Positions 28,658 to 38,916 of a stretch of DNA of 64,000 nt are shown here, one piece after another. This DNA is from a virus, in the IMG/VR virus record IMGVR_UViG_3300046373_000069, positions 1 through 64,000 of that record; one strand, given 5' to 3'. The notes beneath the pieces were generated by a model. The model was not told where the DNA came from. It saw only the letters and a list, made by a program, of their open reading frames with translations, and made no database searches. How positions within the stretch are numbered: position 1 is the stretch's first letter; each line of letters starts with the position of its first letter. Both the position numbers and the translations under genes were made by a program.

Positions 28658-30172
28658 ATGAAAAAAGATAAGAAAACCTATGGCCCTTGCTCCGAGAAGC
28701 AGCGCCTTGTATTGCAAGACACCACCACAGATGTCATTCTCATGGGAGGTGGCGCTGGCGGGGGCAAGTCCCGAATCTGCTTGACAAAGAACTTAGACGG
28801 AATACGCGATAAGAGCTTCCGATGTGTAATTTTAAGGCGCTACGAGCCTGAACTCAAGCGTCCGGGCGGGCTGATCGATGAGTCGAAGCAAGTCTATCCA
28901 GACTTCACAAAGATTCCCTACAAGACTCAAGCAAAGGTGTGGCAATTCCCGTCAGGTGCAGAAATTTCGTTTAGTGCTATTTCCTGCGACGACGATTTGG
29001 GTTCGTGGCAGGGAAGTCAGCTAACTCGAATTATGGTGGACGAGTGCGCCGATAAATGGACGGAGAAACAGGTTCTTTTCTTGCAATCTCGCCTCCGCAC
29101 AGCGGGTTCCAAGATTCACCCCCAGCTTATTTTGACTTGCAACCCAGACATCAACTCATTCCTCAAAGGGTGGGTAGATTTCTGTTTGGACCCAGATACA
29201 GGCGTGCCAATGCCGGGGACTGAGAATCGCATTCGCTGGTTTTGTGTGGAAGATAACAAAGCTCAGTGGGCAGACAGTCCTGAAGAGTGCTATGAGTTGT
29301 ACGGCCGGCCCAAAGACCTGATTTACGCTCACGGCATGACCGAAGAGCAGATGAACTCTCTAACCGCCGATGAGCGCCTGCGACTGTTCATGCCAAAGAG
29401 TTTCAGGTTCTTTTGCACAAACGTATTTGACAACCCCTACCTTCTTCCTCCAAAGAATAACAGCTACTTGGCGAGTTTGTTGGCACAACCGTATGTTAAC
29501 CAGTTGAAGTTTTTGCACGGTTCATGGACAGCCCGTGAAAGTGGTTCTATGTTCTTTAACCGTGAGTGGACGCCTATTGTTGAAATACCACCTCCCATAG
29601 CTACTCGTTGCCGCGCATGGGACTTCGCCTCTGAGGAAAAGACGAAGACAAACAATCCCGACTGGACTGCTGGCGTCCGAATGAGTCGTGACAAGTTTGG
29701 TATCTACTATGTCGAGGACGTTGTTAGGATTCAGGCCACAACAGACAAAGTGCTCAAAACCGTGGCGCAGACAGCACATGAGGACGGGGCGGCAGACTGT
29801 AGTGTTGTGATCCCTCTCGACCCCGGTGCAGCAGGAAAGTCCGCGGCTTTCTTCTACCGTACCACACTAGCCGAGAATGGCATCCCTTCAAAAATGGCAC
29901 CGACTACAGCGGGCAAAGGTAAGCTTACTCGCTTCCTTCCTTTCTGCTCAATGGCAGAAGCAGGGGCTGTCAGAGTTGTGCGTGGTGACTGGAACGACGC
30001 TTTCTTTAAAGAACTAGAATCGTTCTCTGGCGATCTTAAGTTGCAGAAAACACAAAAGGATGACCAAGTTGATGCTTGCGCTGATGCTTTCACTTCATTG
30101 GCTAAACAGGTAACAATCCCAACATTCTCATTGCCTACGTTCTCAGCCCCGTCACCCGTACCTACAATTTGA
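28658..30172 (+). CDS. terL: terminase large subunit
   Basis: Walker A GGGAGGGKS, Walker B MVDE, LTCNP, nuclease AWDFA and DDQVDA; start moved to ATG 28658. Confidence 0.95.
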   Translation: MKKDKKTYGPCSEKQRLVLQDTTTDVILMGGGAGGGKSRICLTKNLDGIRDKSFRCVILRRYEPELKRPGGLIDESKQVYPDFTKIPYKTQAKVWQFPSGAEISFSAISCDDDLGSWQGSQLTRIMVDECADKWTEKQVLFLQSRLRTAGSKIHPQLILTCNPDINSFLKGWVDFCLDPDTGVPMPGTENRIRWFCVEDNKAQWADSPEECYELYGRPKDLIYAHGMTEEQMNSLTADERLRLFMPKSFRFFCTNVFDNPYLLPPKNNSYLASLLAQPYVNQLKFLHGSWTARESGSMFFNREWTPIVEIPPPIATRCRAWDFASEEKTKTNNPDWTAGVRMSRDKFGIYYVEDVVRIQATTDKVLKTVAQTAHEDGAADCSVVIPLDPGAAGKSAAFFYRTTLAENGIPSKMAPTTAGKGKLTRFLPFCSMAEAGAVRVVRGDWNDAFFKELESFSGDLKLQKTQKDDQVDACADAFTSLAKQVTIPTFSLPTFSAPSPVPTI

Positions 30173-30193
30173 AGTTCCTGGCAGAAATAGTTG

Positions 30194-30222
30194 TTGACAA
30201 ACAACCCTCCGTATGCTATAAT
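30194..30222 (+). promoter_or_regulatory. consensus sigma70 promoter for head genes
   Basis: TTGACA-17-TATAAT with extended TG. Confidence 0.85.
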
Positions 30223-30249
30223 GCTCACATTAACTAAGGAATCAACCTA

Positions 30250-31746
30250 ATGGCTGAAGACTCCAAGACGCCAGAAGGCGCAACCTCCGCTGACGCAGGC
30301 GTTACAATCCCCCGTTTGAAGCTCGGTGAAACTGGCTTCTCTGCGCTTAAAACGCGCAACGGGCAGATTATGGAAGAGGCCAACATCCAGTTCCAGATGC
30401 CTTATCTTGCAAAAGTTATTGCGGATATGTCGTACTCCCCAGCGGTTTCGATCGGTCTTGGCGCTATTAACACCCTTATCAGCCGATCCCAAGTTGCTGT
30501 TGAGCCTGTCACGGGCGAAACCGAAGTCGATAAAGTGCGTCGAGAGTATCTGCTTTCCGTACTGCACGACATGGAGAATTCCTTCCAGAGTACGCTCCAA
30601 AACATCGCCACCTCTAAAGAGTGGGGTCATCAGGTTAGTGAGATTGTACTAGGCCGTCGTCTTTGGAGCAAGGGTTCCAAGCACAATGATGGCCTTATCC
30701 GTATCACGAAGCTTGCACATCGTCCACAAGCTACGCTAGTCAAGTGGAACTACGACGACACAGGCCGCAACCTAGTAAGCGTCAGCCAGAGCATCGCCAA
30801 CGTTGAAAACTCGTACCGCTTTGCCAAGCAAACTGACGAGAATGGTCTGATCGTTATTCCTCGGGAGAAGTTCCTCTTGTTCCGCTCGGATGCAACGTCC
30901 GACAACCCACATGGGGTTTCATGCCTTCGCGCATGTTACCTCGCTTGGAAGCAGTTGACTCTGCTAGAAGAGCACATGTTGCGGGGTGTTGCTAAAGACA
31001 CGTCAGGTATTCCGTTCGCACAACTGCCCGTGAAGTTCTTAGACGCAGCAGCCACGCCAGAAGACAAGGCTGTTTATACCGCGACGAAGACCATCCTTGA
31101 CAATATCTCTGATGGTACTGCCAAGAGCATTGTGTTCCCTATGATGAAGGACGACCAAGGCAACGATATGTTTTCCTTGGACCTGCTGGAACAGAAGGGT
31201 GGAAAAGCCTATGACCTTCCCGGCATCATCAGCCAGCTTCAGGCAAATATTTTATCAGTGCTCAGCGCGAACGCAATCACAATGGGTGCCGACAAGAGCG
31301 GTTCTATGTCGCTTCAGGACTCAGACACCAACATGCTAGCGCTCCGCGTAAGCTTCTTGTTGTCGCAGATTGCTGATACGTTGAACCAGTCGTTAGTTCC
31401 TTTGCTTTGGAAAATGAACGGGTGGGCCACAGATCGTCTCCCGAAGGTAAAGTTCAAGGACATTTCATCCGTCTCGTTGGAAGAGTTTAGCAAGGCAGTA
31501 CAACGCTTGTCTTCAACAAACTGCATGGAAATGACTCGCGCAAATATGAACAAGATTAACGAAGTTATGGGTTTTGAGATCAGGCCAGATGATGAGCCGA
31601 TCAACCCCGACTTGTTCCCCGGCGTCATGGCAGCGATGTCTTCGATGTCTGGCGAGGGTCTTAAGAGTCCGGTTGGTGAGGGCACTCGAAAAGATGCCTT
31701 CGGTAACAAGGACGCTTCCACTCAGAACAACGACAACAAAGGATAA
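30250..31746 (+). CDS. portal protein
   Basis: 498 aa after terL; IPREKFLLFR, NP.G.S.L..CY..WK motifs. Confidence 0.88.
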   Translation: MAEDSKTPEGATSADAGVTIPRLKLGETGFSALKTRNGQIMEEANIQFQMPYLAKVIADMSYSPAVSIGLGAINTLISRSQVAVEPVTGETEVDKVRREYLLSVLHDMENSFQSTLQNIATSKEWGHQVSEIVLGRRLWSKGSKHNDGLIRITKLAHRPQATLVKWNYDDTGRNLVSVSQSIANVENSYRFAKQTDENGLIVIPREKFLLFRSDATSDNPHGVSCLRACYLAWKQLTLLEEHMLRGVAKDTSGIPFAQLPVKFLDAAATPEDKAVYTATKTILDNISDGTAKSIVFPMMKDDQGNDMFSLDLLEQKGGKAYDLPGIISQLQANILSVLSANAITMGADKSGSMSLQDSDTNMLALRVSFLLSQIADTLNQSLVPLLWKMNGWATDRLPKVKFKDISSVSLEEFSKAVQRLSSTNCMEMTRANMNKINEVMGFEIRPDDEPINPDLFPGVMAAMSSMSGEGLKSPVGEGTRKDAFGNKDASTQNNDNKG

Positions 31747-31749
31747 CAC

Positions 31750-32646
31750 TTGGCTTTTGTATATTGGGTACACCTCCCTGAGCAATCGGACTTTACTTCA
31801 CAAGGCTATGTAGGCGTAACTGCCAGCACTGTAAATCACCGCTTTGCTGCTCACTGTAAGCTGTCGCGCAAGGGTTCTGAAACACACTTTCACCGTGCCC
31901 TTCGTAAGTACGGTATTGAATCTTTTGTTGTAGATACGTTGGTTGAGGGGAGTGTGGAGTATTGCTTCATGGTTGAGAACCAGTTGCGCCCATCCCCGAA
32001 CCTTGGTCTTAACATGGCGATTGGTGGCACTATCTCTCCTATGATTGGGCGAGGCCATAGTGAGGCGACGAAGGGCAAGATATCTGAGAAGTCAAAGCTT
32101 CATAGGCACTCCGACGAAGCCAAAGCTAAAATTGGCGATAAACACCGGGGTAAAAAGGTCTCTGACGCTACCAAGGCACTTCTTTCCAAGTGCAGGCTAG
32201 GTGTTCCAATCACTGACGAGCACAAGGCAAATATCTCTAAGGCACAGATGGGCCGCCGAAATTCTCCAGAGGCCATCGCAAAAACCGCAGCAGGTCTCCG
32301 TGGAAAGCCAAAAACAGAGGCTCACAAGCAGGCTATGTCCGCCGCAAGAAAAGGTGTACCACTAAGCGAAGAGCACTGCAAACGCTTGTCTGAGCGTGCT
32401 ATTGAAGCTGGGCCGTGGAACAACCCGAAGGCAAATAAAGAAGTTTGGCAGAACGCAAAAGACCTCTTCTACTTGTCGCAGATGTACTGTGTCCCGTACA
32501 TCGAAAGACTTACAGGATTTACCAAGTCAAACCTGACAAGTATTTCACGTAAATTTGAGGACGGCTGGGTTCCGGAAGAGGACTCAAAATACCTCGCGTG
32601 GCTCGAAGAATACAACAAACAAAAGGAGTGTCCTAATGGCACATGA
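31750..32646 (+). CDS. GIY-YIG homing endonuclease with NUMOD3 repeats
   Basis: VYW..YVG..R..H..ALRKYG; repeated H(S/T)EE.K.KIS units. Confidence 0.85.
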   Translation: MAFVYWVHLPEQSDFTSQGYVGVTASTVNHRFAAHCKLSRKGSETHFHRALRKYGIESFVVDTLVEGSVEYCFMVENQLRPSPNLGLNMAIGGTISPMIGRGHSEATKGKISEKSKLHRHSDEAKAKIGDKHRGKKVSDATKALLSKCRLGVPITDEHKANISKAQMGRRNSPEAIAKTAAGLRGKPKTEAHKQAMSAARKGVPLSEEHCKRLSERAIEAGPWNNPKANKEVWQNAKDLFYLSQMYCVPYIERLTGFTKSNLTSISRKFEDGWVPEEDSKYLAWLEEYNKQKECPNGT

Positions 32647-33484
32647 ACTACAGCGCCTAGCGGCCTCTGCATGGGGTGTCCCCCACCTCATCACTCAAGA
32701 GGCATTGTCCCCCATACTCGAATATCTGTCAAGCCGTAACAACGGTGTTTCGCCAGTTTTCGCAGTTGTACAAGACTCCAAGCATGCCCCTAAGAAGGCC
32801 GAAAAGATTGGTGGCGTGGGTGAGATTTTGATTGATGGTGCCTTAACCGCGAAACCGATTAAAGCCGAATGCTCTCCAGAGGGCGTCAGTTATGCCAGCA
32901 TCCTTAGCGAAGCTCGTGATCTTATCAAGATGGGTGTTGACACTATTGTGCTCACCCACTCTTCACCGGGCGGCGAGGCAATGCACGCATTTTCCTGTGC
33001 AGCAACTCTACGGGCGATGTGTGACGAAGCTGGAGTTGAGCTTATTTCATACGTAGACACTTACAGCGCAAGTGCCAGCTACCTTATTGCTTGTGTTGCG
33101 GATATGGTTGTTATGCACCCTGAAGCTAAAGTCGGCTCCATTGGGTGTGTGTGTGCAGTAGCTGATTCAAGCAAAGCTCTCGACATGGCAGGCGTGAAAA
33201 TCCATTACATTGCCAGCACTCCCGGCAAGACCCCATTCAAAAACGATGGAAGTTTTTCCGACAAGTTCCTCGAAGATATGCAGGCAGATGTTACCCGCTT
33301 AGGTAATAACTTCGCCGCGCACGTTCAAACACATACAGGTATCTCCCTTAAGGAAATCGCTGACATGGACGCTAAGATGTTCCATGCAGATGAAGCCCTG
33401 CAAAATGGCCTAGCCAACGCAGTTATGGATCATACCGAATTTGCCAATTGGTTGGCTGACAAAAAGGGAAAGAAAAATGCTTAA
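32636..33484 (+). CDS. prohead protease, S49 family
   Basis: SPGGE, SASASY, VGSIG, A.EAL..GLA motifs. Confidence 0.9.
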   Translation: MAHELQRLAASAWGVPHLITQEALSPILEYLSSRNNGVSPVFAVVQDSKHAPKKAEKIGGVGEILIDGALTAKPIKAECSPEGVSYASILSEARDLIKMGVDTIVLTHSSPGGEAMHAFSCAATLRAMCDEAGVELISYVDTYSASASYLIACVADMVVMHPEAKVGSIGCVCAVADSSKALDMAGVKIHYIASTPGKTPFKNDGSFSDKFLEDMQADVTRLGNNFAAHVQTHTGISLKEIADMDAKMFHADEALQNGLANAVMDHTEFANWLADKKGKKNA

Positions 33485-34010
33485 AGAATATCTGAAAAAG
33501 GTTTTTAACACAGCTCCGGCTGATAACAATGAGGAAGTCACGCAAATGACTGAACAACTAGAGCAGACCATCCCGGCTGCTGATAACACGGCAGTAGCGG
33601 AGATGGTGGCTAAACTGGCTTCCCAAACCGAACAACTCGCAACCCTACAAGCAGAACTGGCATCGCTTGCGACCAAATACGCAGCAGCAGAAGCAGCCCT
33701 CGCAGCCTCCGCAGAAGCGCAATCCATGCTTGTCGCCCAAGCAGCCGCTACCAAGATGGAAGCTCGCACAGCCTCGCTGTCGGCAATCTTGGGCGATGTT
33801 AAAGGTGTTGAGACGGCCACCCTGCTGTCGTCGCTGGACGATGCTGCCTTTGAAGCTGTGCGCGCAAGCTATGCGGCTAATTTTGAAGCAGAGGCAAAGT
33901 CGGAGAAATTCACCGAGATTGGCGTCAGCGCTGAAGCTGTTGCCCCTGTCGAAAAAGACGCAGCAGCCCGCCTCGCCGAGAGCTTTGCCAAGCAATTCGC
34001 ACAGAAGTAA
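33477..34010 (+). CDS. scaffolding protein (putative)
   Basis: Ala/Glu-rich coiled coil between protease and decoration genes. Confidence 0.7.
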   Translation: MLKEYLKKVFNTAPADNNEEVTQMTEQLEQTIPAADNTAVAEMVAKLASQTEQLATLQAELASLATKYAAAEAALAASAEAQSMLVAQAAATKMEARTASLSAILGDVKGVETATLLSSLDDAAFEAVRASYAANFEAEAKSEKFTEIGVSAEAVAPVEKDAAARLAESFAKQFAQK

Positions 34011-34011
34011 C

Positions 34012-34794
34012 ATGCACAGTAAAAGCTGTGTTTATTGGATTAGAGCGCCGCACCATACAGACATCTTCACTGAAGGTTATGTTGGTGTGAGTGTTAAGGG
34101 CGCTACTAAGCGGTTCCGGGAACATAAGTGTGCTGCTAAAAGTGGTAGCGATCTCCCTGTCCACAACGCCATCAGGAAATACGGTAACGAAATCGTTATT
34201 GAGACTGTCCTGAACGGTGATCCAGAATACTGCTACCTGATGGAGGCCAAACTTAGGCCACACCCTCGTACTGGTTATAACGTATCCGCAGGCGGCGAGT
34301 CTACTAACCTTGGAAGTAAACATACCGTCGAAGCTAAGGCCAAGATGAGCGCTAAGTCTAAGGGCCGCTTCTGCTCTGAGGCCACTAGGAAGCTAATGTC
34401 TGAGCGAAGCAAAGGCAGACGACACACCGAAGAGACTAAAGAGGTGATGCGCCAGAAAGCTAAGGCTCGCGGTATGCCTGCCGAGGTCATCGCCAAAGCA
34501 CGAGAGGTTGTGAAAAACATTCTTCCTTGGGATAGGTCGTCGGCAGATAAAAATATTTGGCTTGCCGCCGAGGAGATTTTCAAGTGCATGACAGACAATC
34601 CAGAGATGGGTACAAGATTGATGAGTCCCTTAGTAGGCTTCAGTTACAGTCAGCTTAGGGTTATTCATAAAAAGATTAAGGCAGGCTGGAATCCTTTAGA
34701 GGATACAGAATGGCTTATTTTCAGCGGTAAGCTTTCACCAGATGCTTCTGGGGATAAGTCGCTTCAAAACGGCAATTCGCCAAATCAATATTAA
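34012..34794 (+). CDS. GIY-YIG homing endonuclease with NUMOD3 repeats
   Basis: paralog of 31750 (VYWI, GYVGV, AIRKYG, EYCYL.E..LRP.P, GW.P.ED). Confidence 0.85.
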   Translation: MHSKSCVYWIRAPHHTDIFTEGYVGVSVKGATKRFREHKCAAKSGSDLPVHNAIRKYGNEIVIETVLNGDPEYCYLMEAKLRPHPRTGYNVSAGGESTNLGSKHTVEAKAKMSAKSKGRFCSEATRKLMSERSKGRRHTEETKEVMRQKAKARGMPAEVIAKAREVVKNILPWDRSSADKNIWLAAEEIFKCMTDNPEMGTRLMSPLVGFSYSQLRVIHKKIKAGWNPLEDTEWLIFSGKLSPDASGDKSLQNGNSPNQY

Positions 34795-34811
34795 TATTTA
34801 AAGGAAATAGT

Positions 34812-35228
34812 ATGCCTATCGTAGCTACTGAAAGTATGCATTACTCGAACTTGGTCAAACGTGAGAACGGAGCTGAGTGGGGTCAATGCAAGAAAGTCGT
34901 CACCGTCAATGGTCCAGCCGCCACCCTGCCAATCGGCACCGTGCTCGGCAAAGTTACCGCCACTGGTAAATATCAAGTTGTCGAAGCCACCGCTGTCGAT
35001 GGCTCGCAAGTTGCTGCCGCAGTCGTCGTCGGCAATGCCTTTGGTCAGGCATCCACAACTGTCATGGCTGCTAACACTGACACTAAGTTCCTCGTCCTGT
35101 ATCGCGGTACTTGCGCTGTTTCGGATGCAGCTCTGTCGTTTGGTGCTTCGGTTGATACTCTCGCTGAAAAGCAAGCCGCATACGACCAACTCGCGGCAGT
35201 CGGTATCGACGTTCTGACCACCATCTAA
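34812..35228 (+). CDS. head decoration protein
   Basis: GTVLGKVTATGKY..DGSQ.A.AV motif, directly before capsid gene. Confidence 0.85.
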   Translation: MPIVATESMHYSNLVKRENGAEWGQCKKVVTVNGPAATLPIGTVLGKVTATGKYQVVEATAVDGSQVAAAVVVGNAFGQASTTVMAANTDTKFLVLYRGTCAVSDAALSFGASVDTLAEKQAAYDQLAAVGIDVLTTI

Positions 35229-35243
35229 TTCAAGGAAATAATA

Positions 35244-36278
35244 ATGCTTATCCGCAGCCCAATCAATAGCTTCGACACCGTTGACCTGACATCGGCAGTT
35301 CGTAATCTCCCTATTCAATACGGTACGTTCAACCAGCTGGGCATCTTCTCTGAAGAAGGCGTTGCTGGCGACACCGTGATGTTTGAAGAAACCACCCAAG
35401 ACGGCGCTCTGATTGTTGACCGTGTTCGTGGTGAAAAGAATCTGGTTAGTAAGGATGGTAGCCGCAAGCTGCATACCTTCCCGATTCCCCACTTCCCACT
35501 GGACGACCATATCTCGCCTAAAGACCTCGTTGCTAAGTCGGCCTACGACAACTTCAACGAAGTGGAACAACTGGATGCAGTGCGTCAGCGTAAACTGATC
35601 CGTATCCGTCAGAACCACGATTGGACGCTGAACAAAGCCCGCGCTCAAGCTCTGTTCTCGGGCACTGCTTACGCCCCAAGCGGCACTGTCAGCCAAGACT
35701 GGAACATTGAATTCGGTGTTACCCGTGTTGCTGTTGATTTGCTTCTGGGCAGCTCGACCAACGAAGTGCTGGCTCGTATCGAAGACATCATCGTTGCTGT
35801 GCAAAATGGTATGGGTGGCAATGGTGTGTTCACGGGTATTGTCATCCCTTGCGACACAGGTCTCTTCAATAAGCTGATCATTCACCCGTCGGTGAAAGCT
35901 GCGTATGCCTACGCCTCTCAGATGAACAGCGGCGTTGACCCAATGCGTGGCCGTCTGGCTCCGGGTGGCTCGCCGCTGCAACTGGGTCGTGAGTTCTACT
36001 TCGGTGGTGTCACCTTCCGCGAAGTGCGCGATAACTACAACGGTACGAAGATTGTCACCGCTAACGAAGGTGTTGCTGTGCCAACTGGCTCGGACATGTT
36101 CCGCACCTACTTTGCTCCAGCAGAGCGTTTTGGTCTGGTGAACACGAACGGCGAAAAAATGTACGCGTTTGAAACTGCTGCTCAGAACGGCACCAAGATC
36201 GACATCGAGACCGAGAGCAACTTCATCAACGCCCTGCTGCGCCCACAGTCGGTTGTTCGCGTGTTCAGCTCGAACTAA
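35244..36278 (+). CDS. major capsid protein (lambda E-like, HK97 fold)
   Basis: 344 aa, DLT.A...P, PHFP.DD, TYFAPA, ESN...L.RP; strong codon bias. Confidence 0.93.
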   Translation: MLIRSPINSFDTVDLTSAVRNLPIQYGTFNQLGIFSEEGVAGDTVMFEETTQDGALIVDRVRGEKNLVSKDGSRKLHTFPIPHFPLDDHISPKDLVAKSAYDNFNEVEQLDAVRQRKLIRIRQNHDWTLNKARAQALFSGTAYAPSGTVSQDWNIEFGVTRVAVDLLLGSSTNEVLARIEDIIVAVQNGMGGNGVFTGIVIPCDTGLFNKLIIHPSVKAAYAYASQMNSGVDPMRGRLAPGGSPLQLGREFYFGGVTFREVRDNYNGTKIVTANEGVAVPTGSDMFRTYFAPAERFGLVNTNGEKMYAFETAAQNGTKIDIETESNFINALLRPQSVVRVFSSN

Positions 36279-36327
36279 TAAGTTTAAGACTCCTCTAGAG
36301 CAATCTAGCCAGTCTCTTTAACTCTGC

Positions 36328-36365
36328 AACCTCCTTCCATCTAGTTTGGTGGGAGGTTGTTTTAT
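36328..36365 (+). terminator. Rho-independent terminator after capsid gene
   Basis: CAACCTCC..GGAGGTTG + T-run. Confidence 0.75.
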
Positions 36366-36404
36366 TAAGGGGATTTCACAGGTATTAACCAACAAGGACA
36401 ACAA

Positions 36405-37367
36405 ATGGCAACCACAATAGCAAGCGTATGGGGTTTGAACGAGAAGGGCGAGATTGTAGCTACACCGGGCACTGGCAGCAATAACGTTGTAGGTTATGTT
36501 AATCAGGATGGTGTTCCGCTTGACGAGAGTGGGAAGCTTGTTGTAGCGGGTCTTGGAGGGGTATCGAAGTACGTCCCGCACATCTCCCAGTATGAACGTG
36601 CCCTAGTTTTCCCACAAATCCGGCAAGCGAATGCAGTTAAAGGTTTTAGCCGGAATATCAATGATGCGCAATATGTGGGTGCAATTACTGACGCAGAAGT
36701 TTATGACACTGAGATTGGGGCGTTATCCGTTGGTCAGGCTACCAGTAAAGCTCTAGCCTTCCCGTGGGGTAAGATGCTGTGGGACTTGGCAGCAGGCGAA
36801 TCCCTACTGGTGCAAGCGCGCGTGAAAACTGTTGCAGCCACTACTAGCAGTAATGTCTTGTTTGGAAACTCGGACGCCACTTACGAAGGTTTCGGCTTGG
36901 TGCTTTACGGCCCAACGCACGCAACGCAAGCTGGGCGATTGCTGTTCAACTTCAAGGCGAACGGAACCGCAGCGCAGGCTATCCAGTCACAGCCAGTCGT
37001 AGTCTCGGGTGCGACCGTTGCGGGTCAAGTCCTGCCAACCGACACCTACCTGAATATCACACTCCACATCGACGGAGCCACGCGCAAGCTTGATGTGTGG
37101 ACAAACTGCCAATCTAGTATCAACGCTGGGCAGGCACTGAATGCCGGAGGCACGATCCCGTCAACGAAACATAATTTTGGACTTGGATACATCCCAACCG
37201 ACGATGGGTTTACAGCAACTACAGCTAAAGCTGCTAGGTTCCAAGCTTTCCGAATGGCAGTGCTCCCGGCTGGCTTGAAATTCATCAATCCCGGTTTGCT
37301 TGACTGGCAATTTAACGTCAATCCGTACCGCCTCTTTAACGATACAGACTATGTGGGAGCCGTGTAA
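36405..37367 (+). CDS. beta-rich protein, possible LamG/concanavalin-like virion accessory
   Basis: Gly/Thr/Ala-rich strand pattern; LFGN..GFGL, ITL.IDG..LDVW. Confidence 0.45.
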   Translation: MATTIASVWGLNEKGEIVATPGTGSNNVVGYVNQDGVPLDESGKLVVAGLGGVSKYVPHISQYERALVFPQIRQANAVKGFSRNINDAQYVGAITDAEVYDTEIGALSVGQATSKALAFPWGKMLWDLAAGESLLVQARVKTVAATTSSNVLFGNSDATYEGFGLVLYGPTHATQAGRLLFNFKANGTAAQAIQSQPVVVSGATVAGQVLPTDTYLNITLHIDGATRKLDVWTNCQSSINAGQALNAGGTIPSTKHNFGLGYIPTDDGFTATTAKAARFQAFRMAVLPAGLKFINPGLLDWQFNVNPYRLFNDTDYVGAV

Positions 37368-38158
37368 TGGCACAGCGTAAAATTGCACTTGTAATTGGAT
37401 ATGGACAATCTAACGAGCGAGGTACTGGTGTAGCCCCTCGCCGCACTGCTGGCAGCGCCATCACTAACACTGACACCGCAAATAACGTGCGCCACACGTC
37501 TGTCTTTGGGCAAGCTAACGTTAGCCTTACCACCACTGCGCCTTATGTAGAGCCGTGCTCGATGTTTCAAAAACTCTCAGAGCATATTGCTCTTGAAACG
37601 GGCTGGTGCGTCGAAGTCGTCAACACGGCCAAGGGCGGAACTGCCGCCACAGACTCTTGGTGTGGGTGGGATACTGCCAATGGAAGAATTAAATCGCAAG
37701 GTGATGCTGGGTATGACCCTAGCGGGTATATTGCAGGATTTGTGAATGCTGTCAGTGCAGCAGTTGTACAGGGTTACGAGGTTTGGACTATCACAGCGGG
37801 CCATCAACAAGATATTGTGAACCTCAACCGGACGGCTGCACAAGTTATCCCGGCATCTGTACACATCCAACAAAGAGCACTGGCAGCAGGAGCCTCTAAG
37901 GTTATCGTGGGTAAAACTCCAAGGTGGATCGGTAGCCCGAAAGCTTCTGAGTGGGACGCAGGCGGTCTTATACACCAAATCGCAGACGGGGTAATCGCCA
38001 GTATTCCCGGAGCTATTGCAGGGGCCGATTTGTCCGGTAATGTAGACACCCAGCTCTGTGCAAATGATGACTTCCCTTATGTCCACCTAAACCATGCGGG
38101 CGTGTGTTGGGCTGCTGAAAAGTGGCTGAACGCCATCAAGGCCGCAAAACTGATCTAA
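37367..38158 (+). CDS. SGNH/SASA-type carbohydrate esterase
   Basis: GQSN block I, N.AKGG block II, late VH catalytic motif. Confidence 0.7.
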   Translation: MAQRKIALVIGYGQSNERGTGVAPRRTAGSAITNTDTANNVRHTSVFGQANVSLTTTAPYVEPCSMFQKLSEHIALETGWCVEVVNTAKGGTAATDSWCGWDTANGRIKSQGDAGYDPSGYIAGFVNAVSAAVVQGYEVWTITAGHQQDIVNLNRTAAQVIPASVHIQQRALAAGASKVIVGKTPRWIGSPKASEWDAGGLIHQIADGVIASIPGAIAGADLSGNVDTQLCANDDFPYVHLNHAGVCWAAEKWLNAIKAAKLI

Positions 38159-38159
38159 C

Positions 38160-38495
38160 AAAGCTGGCAGTATCTATATCTTAAAAGCGGAGTCGTGCGT
38201 TAAGGTAGGCATTACAAACAAAGAGTGTGAAAAGAGGGCCGCTGCGATAAGCAAGTCAGCAGAAGAAGCTTTTGAAGTGGTTGAGTCAGTCACGTTCCGA
38301 GACGGCAGTATTCCCAGTAACGTTGAGCGTCAGATGCTAGCATATCTGCGGACTCGTTATAAGAACCCTTTAAAAGTATTTGACGGGTACACGGAGTGCT
38401 TTGAGGGGCTGACTGTTGATACTGCCCTTTCTCTTCTCTACGCAACATTAAAAGACATTAAAGGAAGCCATGACAATCATCGACCCGTCCACTAA
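38160..38495 (+). pseudogene. 5'-truncated endonuclease remnant (T5orf172/GIY-YIG-like C-terminus)
   Basis: frame lacking a start upstream of the motifs: KAGSIYILK..VKVGITNK..FDGYTECF, matching the C-terminus of ORF 47893. Confidence 0.75.
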
Positions 38496-38916
38496 CCTTG
38501 GACGCCTCCGCCTAAAACTAGCTGACTGGGGAGACCTCGTGATCCTACCGGACAGTGTGTATGACCAAGTTATTACTGACACAGGCGGTAACTTGAACAA
38601 GGCCACTGCTATCCTCGGTAGCTACATCCTGGGAATCCTGTCACAGCGTACTCATCGTAAGCTGGCCCAACTCGAATCGTGGTCGAATGAGCAATTTGCA
38701 CAGTACCTCATTTACTTGGACAGGATTATCAAAGACCCTGCTTATTCGGATATCGCACCGATTCCGTACTCCGCAACTGGGGAGACTAGCCCTCTTATAC
38801 AATTCCAAGAGACTTGGCGGCGGAATCATTATAGTGGCACAGAAACACAGCAGAGCAACTCCACAGCCTCCTACAGCCCAAATGACGGCTCTAAGTATGG
38901 CCCGTTTGGAGGTTGA
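38470..38916 (+). CDS. head-tail adaptor (putative)
   Basis: IDPST..GRLRL.L.D motif, position after capsid. Confidence 0.7.
   Translation: MTIIDPSTNLGRLRLKLADWGDLVILPDSVYDQVITDTGGNLNKATAILGSYILGILSQRTHRKLAQLESWSNEQFAQYLIYLDRIIKDPAYSDIAPIPYSATGETSPLIQFQETWRRNHYSGTETQQSNSTASYSPNDGSKYGPFGG

Noticed and set aside
33667-34011. N-terminal extension of the 375-aa ORF
   Set aside because: Off-frame overlap with the scaffold gene; the endonuclease begins at ATG 34012
34791-35981. 396-aa antisense ORF (also 42447-43412 and 51841-52692)
   Set aside because: Shadow ORFs opposite codon-biased structural genes, with no motifs or RBS
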